Position numbers and translations under genes: made by a program
The notes under the pieces: model-generated
The model's database searches: none
What the model was told of the DNA's origin: nothing
What the model saw: only the letters and a program-made list of their open reading frames with translations
Shown: positions 25,329 through 37,800 of the stretch, piece by piece
Layout: every line of letters begins with the position of its first letter
How positions within the stretch are numbered: position 1 is the first letter of the stretch
Assembly: GCA_030704615.1 (NCBI GenBank)
Contig: CM060732.1
Location: 17,546,001-17,610,000, forward strand
Reading direction: 5' to 3'
Origin: Takakia lepidozioides
Taxonomy: Eukaryota > Plantae > Bryophyta
Length of the DNA: 64,000 nucleotides

Positions 25329-26588
25329 TTAAACATAGTCACCAGGGCTAAACCTCCGAACCCCAGGACGATATCCTCCACCACGTATAGTGATATACCT
25401 CAACGTATCACGGTGCTGTGCAATGGCAAGATTCTCAAAAGCCATGGGCATGATTTTCTTGAACAACTCTGCACACTGATCACATGCACGTACCCACACA
25501 TCCGGATCGTCAAGGTTAAGGACTTGAGCAGTGTCCCTACGATTGGCTGCAGGCAAATCCGGCTCTCGGCCAAAGAGAAGAAAATATGGTGAGAAGGAGG
25601 CAAGTGATGCTTGTTTGCTGAACCTATAGCCCATGGCTAACCAAGGCACCTGAAGATCCCAATCTCCTAGGTGTCCCTTCTGCAAGCCATACTTGCGCAA
25701 ACCCCTCTTCACCGTCTGAACAACTCTCTCTGCCAAGCCATCGGCCTCAGGATGATCCCGAGAAGTGGTACGGTGGCCTATCAAGGCTTTATCACACAAA
25801 GCCTGAAACTCCCCCAAGAACTTTCTCCCTTGGTCCGTGAGTACCTCGGCTGGAGCACCGAATCGGCTAAGCACACGATCCAAGAATGCATACGCAGCCC
25901 CCTCACTAGCCTTGTCAGGAAATGGAACCAACTCAATCCACTTGGAGAAGTGCTCCACCATCACCAACACATATCTGTGGTGGCGCATAGTCAGTGGCAA
26001 CGGTCCTGCGAAGTCAAGACTCCACCTGTAGCCCAATCCCATGATTGGTAAATGATGCAACTGTGGTGTAGGGGCATTGAATAAAGCACGCACCCTGTCA
26101 CACACCATGCACCTAGCCACGAACTGTTGCACCTCTATATGCATACAACACCGAGCTCCAGTGTCATCCTGCTGGCTCGTGCATGGATTGTGACTCAATC
26201 CATCCGGATTGACCAAACCCGGTCGATGCACAACCTGAAAGTCATACTCTTGGAGTATGAGTGCCCACCATGTAAGCTTCCCCGTAAGCTTGTCTGACTC
26301 CATCAACCACTTGAGTGGCTGGTGATCCGTGACAAGGGTGAAGAGATTGCCGTATAGATAGCACCTGAAGTGTGCCACGGCCCACACTGCAGCTAAGCAC
26401 TCTCCCTCATATGAGCTATACTTAGCCTCTGCAGCGTTGTTTGAGCGGCTAGCATATGCCACTAAAAACTCTCTTCCCTCATCATCCGCCTGTGTGAGCA
26501 CCGCTCCAAGCCCCAGCATGCTCCAATCCGTATGCAGCTGAAAGGGACACCCCCTGATAGATCGTCTCAGGATAGGTGCCGGAGTCAA
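25329..26588 (-). pseudogene. RNase H and integrase, with an internal deletion near 26150
   Basis: LHTDWS, YEGECLA, TDHQPL; WSLDFAGP, LTDQGR, GLAERVVQ. The HH half of the integrase zinc finger is missing. Confidence 0.9.
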
Positions 26589-27500
26589 CCTCGCCTTGAG
26601 CTCTTGAAAAGCTCGTTCATGCTCATCTTCCCACTACCACTCCTGGTCCACCTTGGTTAGCTTGGTTAGAGCCTTTGCAATGGTACTAAATCCCTTGACA
26701 AACCGTCTATAATAGTTTGCCAACCCCATGAAAGCTCGAACTCGGCTCACATCCGTGGGGCGTGGAATTTGTGCAATGGCCTCTACCCTAGCCTCCAGGA
26801 TATATCATGTGACCCAGATACTCAATCTGGTTGTGGAAAAACTTGCACTTCCCCGAGTGCAACTTCAATCCATGCACTCTCCAGCGCTCCAATACCACTT
26901 GAAGGTGTCTCTCGTGCTCCTCCACCGTAGCACTAAAGATGATGATGTCATCTATGTAGCACCGCGCAAAGTCCACTCCTGCTAGAATCCCATCCATGAC
27001 TCTGTGAAACTCTGCAGGAGCGTTCTTAAGCCCATATAGGCAATCCTTGCCGTGCTCATTGATCCCCCAGAATGTTGTCTTCTGCTTGTCCACCTCCTTG
27101 ATCGGCAACTGGTCATATCCGGATCCTAAATCCAAAGTGCTAAAGACCTTAGCATGCCCAATGGCATCAAAGATCTCCTCCGGTGTGGGCATGGCATACT
27201 TATCGGACTTGGTCTGACAATTTACAGGCCGGTAATCACCGCACATACGTCTCTCCGTCCAATTGCCATAGACATCCTTCTTGGCTGGCATCACTGTGGC
27301 TGAAGCATACTCTCCACCAGAGAGCTCCACCAAACCTGCCTCCCAGAGATCTTGAGTCCTCATCTGAATCAAAGACCTCTCCATGTCACTGTATCTATAG
27401 GGTCTCCAAAAGATTGGCGTGTCAGTGGCCAACTCAATACGGATCTCTTGACCCTTCAGTGCTCCCAAGTCCTTCAAACTGAAGGCAAAGCAATTCCTGT
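26589..27500 (-). pseudogene. Reverse transcriptase
   Basis: RMCGDYRPVN, FSTLDL, GLKNAP, CYIDDIIIFS. Confidence 0.93.
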
Positions 27501-27939
27501 AAGCCCTCAGGAACCGCTGTATACGTCGTCTCTCTCCTCCGGTGACAATGGGTCCAATGTCAGGCTCTCAATTGTCCTCCGTAACTGCAACCTTAAGTCT
27601 AGTGGGCTTAGAGGTAGAAGACGCGTCCAGTGGTTGCTATGTTGCAACCTCTTGAGCAGTACTCCCTACCTGCTCAGTCAATGACAAGGCCTCATCCTGC
27701 CCCATCATCTCATCCTTGAGGACTTCCTCAACCCGAGAAAAATCCCCAACCTCATCCATCACCGCCACCTTGGCTGCCAACTCCCTCTGAACCTCGAGCA
27801 CCTCCCATGTGTGCCATGGATGCCTGCACCCCGTGGTCCTCACATGCCCGCCCCCATTCACTACCTGTACCGTCTCGGTAGGCAGAGAGACCATCGAGGG
27901 AAGTGTACTCCGCACTCTGCGTTGCTCAGCCATAGCCAA

Positions 27940-28890
27940 GCTGATAATCCAGGTCAAGCAATTGAGATCCATTGCTTGCCCCAACACCTGACGACATGAT
28001 GCCTCAGAAAGATACGGCACAGCCGTGGTACCAGTGGTAAAAACCCATTGCCCGCTCACGTTTGTCAGCATTAGGCTCCACTAATTGTTGCAACTAAGCA
28101 TCCCACAGGAGGCCAGGTCCACTATCCTGGAAAGCATGCGATCCTGGGAAGCTGAGCAGTGTAGGTAATGCTGCTCGTGGTTGACCCACCTTGTTGACCA
28201 CTGCCAAAGGCGAACGGTCATCGTATCTCACACGTTGAGACTGCCTCCTTGTGTCCAAAATGCTATCCACTGTGAGGTGTGCTGGCCGTTGCACCCCATC
28301 AAATGCACGCTTGAGCAGTGCGGGTGGCATCAGGTTAGTCCACCATAGCCGTGGACGATGAGCCCGTGACCCCACTGCAGCTGCATCTAGCAACACTGCT
28401 GACCCAAGCCACGACCAGACTTGATGCACACTGGCCATCATCTTGGCCCAAGAATCGCCCATCAGTGGCACATTCTCCAAGATGTATGCTGGAGATACAG
28501 CTTGATGAAGCTGCAAGTGGCGCAAAACCTGCACCATCTCCCAAAACAGACCCGACCTCGAGTCTCGCAATCCATTGCCATGCCCGGCTGATGAATGCCC
28601 TTAGGAGGGCCAACCTGCCACTACCAGATCAATGGAGCCAACCCGCTCCAAATCCTACGCCCCCATCAACGAAATGTCAGCTAGCAAGGCCTGCTGATAT
28701 CCACGAACTGCAGACACTGACAACAACTCAGGGTACTGCTGCACCAACTGAGCAACATGGCAAAGTGAAACACGTAGTGCAGTCTCATCCCTCTCCACAT
28801 ACAGGTAACACCAAACTCGCAGACCTTCCTGTAATACAACAACCAATCCAGTGCTGATCCCGCCAAACAAGTCCAGAAGACAAATGCCTT
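27940..28890 (-). pseudogene. C5 DNA cytosine methyltransferase domain (DNMT3-like) inside Pol
   Basis: Motif I LLDLFGGISTG; IV IDLVVAGWPS*GHS (from PCQ); VI YILENV; VIII AHRPRLWWTN; IX EPNADKRERAMGF; X RQVLGQAMDLN. Confidence 0.9.
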
Positions 28891-29329
28891 CATCCGGATA
28901 CTGCCACACAATAGGTGTGGTATCCAATGGTGATAACTGAGGTGGTCCTGGTGCAATCCCAGCATTCTCCTCCTCTCCTGATGATACAAAAGCCTCCTCC
29001 TAGGCTTGTTGTACCCGTCGATACCCGTTGCAAATCCTTGCTCGTGCCCCACAATGAAGTCTGAGCAACCATGGCAGACAACTCCGTCATACCATACATG
29101 TCATCCTGCTCTCCTGGAGGTGAGGCATCCTCTGAATTAGCGTTGCCCTCTAGCAACTCTCCAGGCCAAGTCACTACAGCTGTGAATGTTGTTAGTGTCG
29201 GCATCTTGCCCCGCTGGGCAACCGCAACTCCTCCTATGAACGTCACAGGGAGCTGCACACACCGGCCCTCCCCTGACTGCCATCCTGGCCTATAGGAAGC
29301 TGACTCCTCCCAAAAATCCAGGGTGAAGC

Positions 29330-29650
29330 CCATGGAGTATAATATTGCCCCACCAACCAGGACATTGTACGAGACCGCGTCTGTCACAATGGCCTTGGCT
29401 CGCATCATTCAGCCATCTGTAGGGTGATCCGGCCGTAGTCTGATAGCCAACTCACGCCGTGTCATGCCCTGAGCCTGCTCCAATCCTCCCAGAGATGTCT
29501 GTATCTGGAAAGGACAAGGCTCCATATCCGCCTCCGTGAGGCCCAAGTCTGCAATAGCAGCTCTACCCAGCATCAATGGCTGAGCTCCCGAGTCCACCAA
29601 GACGCGCAGTGGCCGGTATCTCTTGCCTGCCAGTCCACTCAAGCAGAAAA
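29330..29650 (-). pseudogene. Aspartic protease
   Basis: RVLVDSGAQ and YNVLVGGAIL. Confidence 0.8.
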
Positions 29651-30318
29651 TGTCATCCCGGTTGTCTAACATGACAACTCCAGGTGTCACCATGGCGCGC
29701 TCAATGGCTGGCCTAGCTGGTAGCTCCATCAACTTGGTAGCTGCAACTTGCCATGGTGCCGCCATGGCAGTCTTGACCCTCAAATCCAAGGATCCCTCTG
29801 GCACTACACCTCCCACCTCTCTGCAAAAGATGAAGTAACCTCCCCACTCTCACAGAGTGTAGCTGCCAGCCTGAATACCTCAGTTGGTCTTACCCCCGGC
29901 ATCGCAATCATGGTAGCCGAGAACAATGGAGCCTGGCACACAGATGTGGCCGTTCCCAGCAGCACACTAGCTGCCGTAGCCTTGGCAACACTAGGTAGTG
30001 GTGCTGCCTGTGTAGCTCTCCCCAATGGCATAATAACCTCTGCCTTGGTAACAGTCGGGTGAGAACTAGGTGCCATGGATGGCGTCGACACTGTCTCCGC
30101 GTGGCTCTGGAACTTGTGCTGCTCCTCGAGTCACGGTTGCAGCAGACTCCACTTGCACTAGTGGTAGTGCTGCCCCACACATGAATCCTATGCCTCCCAT
30201 ATCTCCTCCCTCAGGAGCCGGAGGTGGACCATCCGGCCTTGGAGCCGGTACCACTTGAGCTGTAGCCATGGCAGCGAGCCTCTGCTCTAGCTGCTGAAGC
30301 CGGTTGGCCATGCCTTGG

Positions 30319-31694
30319 TCAACACCCTGACCTCCGCGTCCTTGGCCATGTTGAGCTTGCCCTTGGCCTGCACCTTGTGCCTGGCCACCTCGTCCTCTCT
30401 AGGCTGCTCCACCTCGCCCCCGGCCACCATTGTTCCCTTGGATGCAAACCATAACACTGGTCCTCTCCATGCCCGTGCTTGCCACAATGACCACACTGCA
30501 ATTGTGCAAGCTGTGCATGTGCCGGCCCTTTGCCTCCCTATGGGAAATCCTTCTTGACATGGGGTCCTCCACATGTCCAACACACCACCTCCACCCGTTG
30601 TTGGCCTACAAATGAAGGGAGAGACCCCTGCATCTGAGGTCATCTCTGTCCTTCCCTGAGCTTCACCTGAGCCCCTTTGTTGCCTTGAGCATGTTGAGGT
30701 AGTGATTGGCTAGGAGCACCACTACCCCGTGGTGTCTCCTTAGCAAATCCCACCATGACCACTCGTTCTTCCACCATGTTGAGCTCTATCCCTCTGCCAG
30801 CAAAAACACATTTGCTAAGGTGGGTTGGGCCGCTTGTAGGAGAGTTGCATCCTGCACCCTTCTCCTCAGCTCCTTGTCCAATATCCCATACCAAAATTGG
30901 ACTGCCTGAGCTTCCGTAACCCCTTGGGTTAAATTTATCAAGCGCCTCATGCGAGTGAAAGCCTCCCTCAAGCTCTCAATAGGCTTCTGTTGGAACTCTT
31001 GCAAGCTCCGCAACTTCTCTGTCCTCACCCCTTGGTAGTTCCCTCTCAACTCTTCGAAGAACTCCACAACAGGGTTGAAGGCAGGCACCGGTGCTGGTGC
31101 TGGTGCGGTAGTGGCTTGGGTGGATGTCGTAACTACGGTACCACCAGTCCCACTATTCCCACTGCTACTTGCTGAAGCTGCCGGTGCAGCGGCAAGTGTA
31201 GCCACTGCCCTCGTGGCTTTAATGCCCCTAGTGATGGAGACATAGTCGGGTGACCAGTACATCCTCCACTCCTCAATCTCAACCTCATGCCCCCGCCTGA
31301 ACTCATGGTAATCATCCATAGGCGGCCCCTCAAGGTGCTGAAACAGCCCCTTCCATGCCATGAAAGGCGTAAATAGTTGTGGATTGCGCATTTGCTGCAA
31401 ATCACACCAACTATCAAACTCTTGGATAAAATCATCCAACTCGATGGTGCCCACCGCCCCAGAGTACCTTCGTGGCCCCTTGGTAGCTCCATACATCTCC
31501 TCCATTGTGTCCCACAACAATGGCAATGAAACAACTTGCACCGCCGGTGTGAGTCCTCCTGATTCACAATCCGAATCAGAACCTTCCGTAGAAGACACAG
31601 GAGGTGAAGGTGGCCTAAACCGCACACCTCGTCTCATGTACCCACTAGTATTACTAGTGCTCGAACCGGCATTATCCCCAGCAACTAGTGGCAC
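30319..31694 (-). pseudogene. Gag with CCHC zinc knuckle
   Basis: ELDDFIQEFDSW...QQKPIESLREAFTRM; CGHCGKHGHGEDQC. Confidence 0.85.
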
Positions 31695-32394
31695 CTCCGT
31701 GTTGACAAACTGTCACTCAACCGGTCATGAACATGTCCCTTACCCCCTCTCCACAAGGTAACCGGGTAGAGATCCTGTTGCGGCTTATGGTTTGGAATAC
31801 TAGGTTCCTAACATAGCCTACACCTGCACCTGCATCCACCGCAAACATTCCTATGGTTGGCTGGTCATCACCTCCAACCTCACCACAGGAGAAACAATGA
31901 TGGTCTGACTGGTCATCACCCTAGCCTCACCATCAACAACATGCTCTAGGACTGGCCGGTGATCAAATCCGGACCAATCACCTATAAGAACAAGCGCCCA
32001 CACAAAACTAACATGGCGCACAGTCAAGCATGCAGGTATGGAGGGGATCCAAACACAACAAATCAGAACGACAACTCCCCCACACCAAAAACAACTCCAA
32101 AGGTGTTGCTCCTGCAAGGACACCCCAGCCCAAACCCGGACTGACTCTTTTCTCCACCTACGGAAAGGTCTTGGCCTAATGAGAGGATGGAAAACTACGA
32201 GGAAGAGAAGCTAAAGCAATGCCTAACCCCAGCATGCCCTCATCCCAACACTATTTTTCTCCTCTCTTCCCTCACTTGCATGACCATGGGAATAACATGA
32301 AGATACTCCTCAAACCGCCCTCCACGAGCTTCAAAATTCGGCCTTCAAGACGACATGCCAGTCCTTAGGTAGTCCACCAGTGCCTCCACGAGTC

Positions 32395-32770
32395 AGCACA
32401 AGCCGTCCACAGGTCAACACGGGCCACCACAGACCAGCACAGGCCCATACAGATCACTGGTCACAGCCGTCACAGCCCCACACAGGCCACAGCCCCACAG
32501 CCCATCACAGCCCCAAAGGCCACAGGTCACAGCCTGTCACAGCCCTACACAGGGTCACAGCCCCACAGGCCACAGCCTGTCACAGCCCTACACATGGTCA
32601 CAGCCCCATAGGCCACAGCCTGTCACAGACCATCACAACCCCAAAGGCCACATGGCACAGCCTGTCACAGCCCCTCACAGCCCCAAAGGTCACATGTCAC
32701 AGCCTGTCACAGTCCGTCACAGCCCCACAGGCCACAGGTCACAGCCTGTCACAGCCCGTCACAGCCCCAT
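32395..32770. repeat. CACAGCC/GTCACAG microrepeat array in the family 2 leader
   Basis: Directly visible. Confidence 0.85.
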
Positions 32771-33244
32771 CACTCATGGCAGTTTAGCCATTTCTCCAAG
32801 GGGTTTAGCCACGCCAAGCTAGGGTTTTTGTCTCTTGGACTCTAGGCTCCTTTGCATCGAGCTATGGCGGCTGTGAGGAAATCAGCAAGGTATTCTTGCT
32901 CTTTATGGCCCCCACACACCACCAATAGTAGCTCTAATTCCAAAGGAAGATGTTTGCAACCGAAGCTACGTGCACAAGCTTCCTTTTAACTCACAAAACA
33001 GCGTCATTGATCCCTATGGCAACTAACCAAACATGGCTGACTTCCAGCCCTTGTAGGCACTCATTCACGTGCTTTTCTTGACCATAGCATGCCCGTCGCA
33101 CCTAATCCAGCCCCTGCACCTGCTGCTTCAAGAGTTGTGCTCCCTTCAAGTTTGAAGTTGAAACTCCAACTCACATATGCCCTACAAGTGCTTTTCTTTC
33201 ACCCCTAGTGGAAACCAGCCCTAGCCTTTCCGTTCTAGCTCTCT

Positions 33245-33610
33245 AAAGCTTGAAAACAAGAGCCTCAATGGGCTGAAGGCATGCTCCACACATGCCCCAC
33301 TCTCACCATAAGAGAATCAGCTCCTTTGCTTCATTTCTTGCACCCACAAACCTGAAAATACAAGCTTCAGCGGGCTGAAAGCATGCTCCACACATGCCCT
33401 ACAGGGAAACCAGCCCCTTCATTCCTTTCTTGCACTCCCAAACCTGAAAGTACAAGCCTTCAACAGGCTGAAAGCATGCTCCACACATGCATTGCCCTCA
33501 CATAAGGGAAGTCGGCCCTTCCCTCTTCCTTGCTTGCCCTCCAAGCTTGAAGATGGAAGCTTCAATGAGCTGAGTACATGCTCCACTCATGCAACCCCTT
33601 CACACAAGAG
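33245..33610. repeat. ~100-bp degenerate tandem repeat x4 (core GGCTGAAAGCATGCTCCACACATGC)
   Basis: Core at ~33271, 33372, 33466 and 33568. Confidence 0.8.
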
Positions 33611-34346
33611 GTAATATCAGCCCCCTATCTTGGCTCTTTGGCTCCTTGATGCTCTCTAAGACAAGACTAAGCACTCCACAGCCTTTGCCAAGCTCCTGAA
33701 ACCCTAAGGTTTACATTTCCAGCCACAAGACACTCCTCTTGTGGTACAATAGCTCTTCTTCCAAGCTCTGAAACCCTAGGTGCACATTCCATGGCCTTGC
33801 CGCACCTCTTAGCTCCTGTTCCAGCCCTGCTCTTGCCATGGCAAGAGCTCTTTCAATGCTGAAGCTCGAGATTGAAACCCAATCTCAACATACTCCACAA
33901 AGTGCACTGATTTGCCCCAAGCCAAATCAGCGTAGCTACGGCGTGAGCCCAGCCCCGTGAGCCTGGGAGCTGAGCTCACGTTGTAGCAACAAAGCATGAG
34001 CTGAGCTCACGCTTCAAGGAAGCGTGAGCGGCACAAATCTGCTGGAGAAGCAGGTCCTATAGGCGAGGATTGCAGGAAGAGGGCCTATTACCGTGGACAA
34101 AACAAAGGGGGCCACCATGCACCATGTCTGCAATGCCTGTACAAAAAGAAGAATATGAAAATATGGCAGATTTGAGCTCAGAATGATTGACACACTTTAT
34201 TTCAATTCACAGATAGACGCTTACAATGAATGGCATGTGCATTTGCCCTGGTTCCGTGAACGAAATGTATGTGTTTGTCCTAAATGCAAAGTTTTCACAC
34301 GATAACCTGGAAACCAACATGGGAAGCGGGCATGGCTCGTATGTGT

Positions 34347-37300
34347 TCAAAGAGAATCTGGCGGAGCCCTACGTGAGGTGTCCCGCTGCAGAAGGGTGAT
34401 GACTTCTCTGTAGCCTAGTGTGGCTTGGTGAATGAATTGGTCTCTCTTACCGTCGCAGCACATAATTACAAGGTATATGTAATATTGATGCTTGCAAGGG
34501 ACCCACTTCCCTCTCATGCCGAGAGCGCCCTCATGCATCGTTACAAAATCCGGACAAGTGCACGTAGGGAAATTCTTCACGGTAACCTGATATTCTTTGC
34601 CATGAAGAACTGAGCCAATAGACAACACTGTGTAAATCCGTCCATACCCCGGGGCAAGGACTTCGGTGATACGAGTCACCTGAGCCTGCAAAATTCTAGC
34701 CGATTCCATCTTGCAGTCGTGATCTGCACCCGAAGCGACACGGCACACTGTTTTTCCATCTCTTTTTGTTGGGTGGGAGTCGGCACCGGGTGGAGGCATT
34801 GCCGGAGCATGTGGCACATCTGTGCCGACAGTGCATGAGGGCACCACCCGGGACCGTGCAAGTCGGAACCTTCCCTCCTCCAGCATGCTTATCTCGGTTG
34901 ATGACAGCGACGTCCCAAGTTTCACAGGCCAAATTGCGGGGGGATGGGGTTCATTATCACCGAAGGACGAACTGTTCCCTTGACGCATCATGCCATATCG
35001 TCTAGGCAGAACCAGAACTTGTGGTCCTTTGACTCCCCACTATGATAAGGTCGGAACAACCCTATGAATGTTGGAGCTGGAGTCCCCCTGGAGGGTTTGC
35101 ATATTTTTGATTTGCATTTCTTGAAAGAGGGGGTCCGAATTGCCATGCAAGCCACTCTAGATCGTGGTGGGGTGCGTTCTGTATGCCACTCACTGTCAAT
35201 GCAATCATATTCATGCACCAAGGACACCACCTTCTCCAATGGGATTCCTGCTGCTGTGCTTGCATGATCTGCACCTGCTCCACTGGAAGAGGACCCACCT
35301 GGGAAGGGGCGGGCACACGACTTAGTCTGCACCGGAGACACCTTTGGTATAGAGAAATTGACCCTGTCCGGCCGATGGGAATCTCCATCCGACCCAGGAG
35401 GAGTGTTCAATTTCTTTTTGCATGATCCAAATCTTTCCTCGCCTTCCAAATGGGGAACCCTGGATTGCAAAGGGGAGCCTTTGGTGCACCTATTCAGAGC
35501 TCTGGCCATCTTCGATGGGTCTCCGGACCTACTCGCAGCCCTTAGCATCAACAAAGTCGTATCAGGGCCCTTGCCTCCGCCCCGTCCCATCACAAAATTG
35601 CGGTACCTGGTTTGTTGTGTAAGTGCCCGCACCATGTCATCAGCAGTGGCCACATACAAGTCACGTCCTGCTTTGGTAGACTGCTGCATCCAGGCGTTGT
35701 GAACAGTCTCCGCCAAATTACAGGATGACATGTCAGTCAAGTCCTCCAAGGACATGTCCTGCATGAGGCATTGCATGCAAATGTGAGGAACGAAAGGAAA
35801 TGGAAGAGGTTCTGTAAGTGACAATCCAACAACCCCAAACGAACAGACACGATGCAAAGTGAAATTTGTGTTTCCGGGATTGAAGAGGCTTACCATCGTC
35901 ATGAAAGCTCCCCACTGTCTGTACCTGAAGTGCCAGAAAACCAACCAGTCCTCCAACTCCTTCAGGTGGATACCAGTAGCAGCACCAGAGGAGAACCACC
36001 AGCCCGGATTGCTTGGTAAGTGCTCTCAGCTTCTCCCATTCAGGTGACATTTTTGTACTTGAGGCAGAGCCTTCTGTGCTCCAACTGGAGGTTAGGGCGA
36101 ATGCAGCGCTTTGTATGACGTGCCAGAGATTGACTCCAATGGAAGAGGCATGTGCGCTCCCTATTTTTCATTGGGACCTTAGGATCCCCCGAATCAAACA
36201 CACACCACACTGCATTGAAATTTGCCTGTGCACTATCAGCCATGAGGCCCGCAAAATTTGTGTTCTGCATTCCATTGCGCTGCATGACGGCCAGGAGCGA
36301 ATTCCACATGAGCATCTGGGATTCAGTGTCCTCCGACTGCATATCACAAATTGCTATGGAGAGCACACGCTGGTATGCTGGATCATACACATGGCACGCC
36401 ATGGTTGTCCAACCCTTCACCCGTTTGCAGTGATCAAACATTAATCAACATTTAGCCAAATCTCCTCCAGGTTGCATTCGGCAGACTATGCTCACACCAC
36501 TGCTTTCGCCCACTGTGGACATCTTGAACAAATACACCTTGGACGAGCCCTGGCCAGGGAAGATACTGTTTTGAATGAATTCATAGCGACTCCTCCGTTT
36601 GAGGTCCATAATGTTGTCCATGAATCCAGCAGTGCCTGTGCCCATTCTGAGTGCATTCACCTGGTTTCGAATATTGGGAGAGCTCAACACGGAGAAATGG
36701 TCCATCACTGCATCAAGCGAATCTGCATCCAGCATTGGTTGTGTCGCATCCCCTTCACCCAGTATGTGTTTTACCAGGATTGCCTTGCTAGCTGCAAACG
36801 CTATAGTAGAAGGTGTTGCACAAGGGGCATGGTGGAACTCCTGCTTCAGCAGATTTCTAGCAATGTCCACGCTATCCCTGCAACTTCCTTTTGACACAGG
36901 ATGCTCGTGTGTAGCCATATGAATGCAGGCACGAGTCATTGTCTTGCATTGGTGTGCCACCTGGTACATACGAGTGTGGCACACAGAAACACAGGATGGG
37001 GAAAGTTTGCAGAACCTGCACACAAAAGTATTGGTCTTGGGAGGGGCAATCCCTAGGGTGAAAGGATTCAGGGGCACACCTTCCCACTCACTTTCATTTG
37101 GTTAGCGCTGTTTCTCAGGCAAGGGCAAGAAATATTCACGCACTTGCAATGCCCAACGCAAACCGACCTTCAAAATTTCAATCCAATGTCGTTGTGGGTG
37201 TTCGATGTTTTTGTCCTGCACCAAGGGTGCCCGTCATGTTTCTTGTCCATGCCCTACAGAAGCCCAGCTAGCCCACTGGAAGACGTGGGAGGGTTGAGCT

Positions 37301-37800
37301 CAAACAAGATGTCCCCATCAAACTCTGTTGGCACATATTGAACCCGCTGCACCCGAAGGGACTCCCAATCAACAAAACGTAGCTCGCTCTTGCACCCAGG
37401 CACCCCTGCGAGGGCTTTCAATTTTGAAATGACACTTGTTATCTCCTGCAATTCGTCATCATCCAAGAATGGAGTCTACAATGGCGGAGGAATCTCAGAA
37501 ACATCCTCCGAGGACGAGTCTGAAAGAGTCACGAATGTGGTGGATATGCTCACCTCTTGTTTCACATGAACTGGGCCCTTCTGTTGCACGACAGATGGTG
37601 CAGTGCTAGGGGTAAGTACTGATCCTGCTGATTGTCTTCTCTCTTTTCCAAGGACGTGGTATGTGCCTGGAAGGACTCTCCACTTCCTTCCACACTCGCC
37701 AACCAATGGTCTCTCCAAGTGCCCAGAATCCAAATTCCCATCCTCGTCATACACCTCTTTTTGAACAAGCAGAGAACCCAATTCCAGAGGGAACACTGTA
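34347..37800 (-). pseudogene. MULE-type DDE transposase with N-terminal GCM-like zinc domain and C-terminal SWIM finger
   Basis: GCM-like RSVCVGH..C..C / CRFC..C..C / HMATHEHP; MFDHCKRV (D); LMADSAQAN (D); TCLFHW (CxxH); CNLAETVH (E); SWIM CTCPDF..CKH. Intron at ~35890-35760; stops and frameshifts. Confidence 0.85.

Larger units (their letters stand above)
24007..33927 (-). mobile_element. Ty3/gypsy family 2: gag-PR-DNMT-RT-RH-INT-PHD, decayed, 5' LTR missing
   Basis: Ordered domain motifs on the minus strand, followed by PPT and 3' LTR. Confidence 0.9.

Noticed and set aside
33690-33790. Telomere-like AAACCCTA motifs (also TAGGGTTTAGGG at ~3663)
   Set aside because: Isolated one or two copies; common telo-box-like sequence, not an array.
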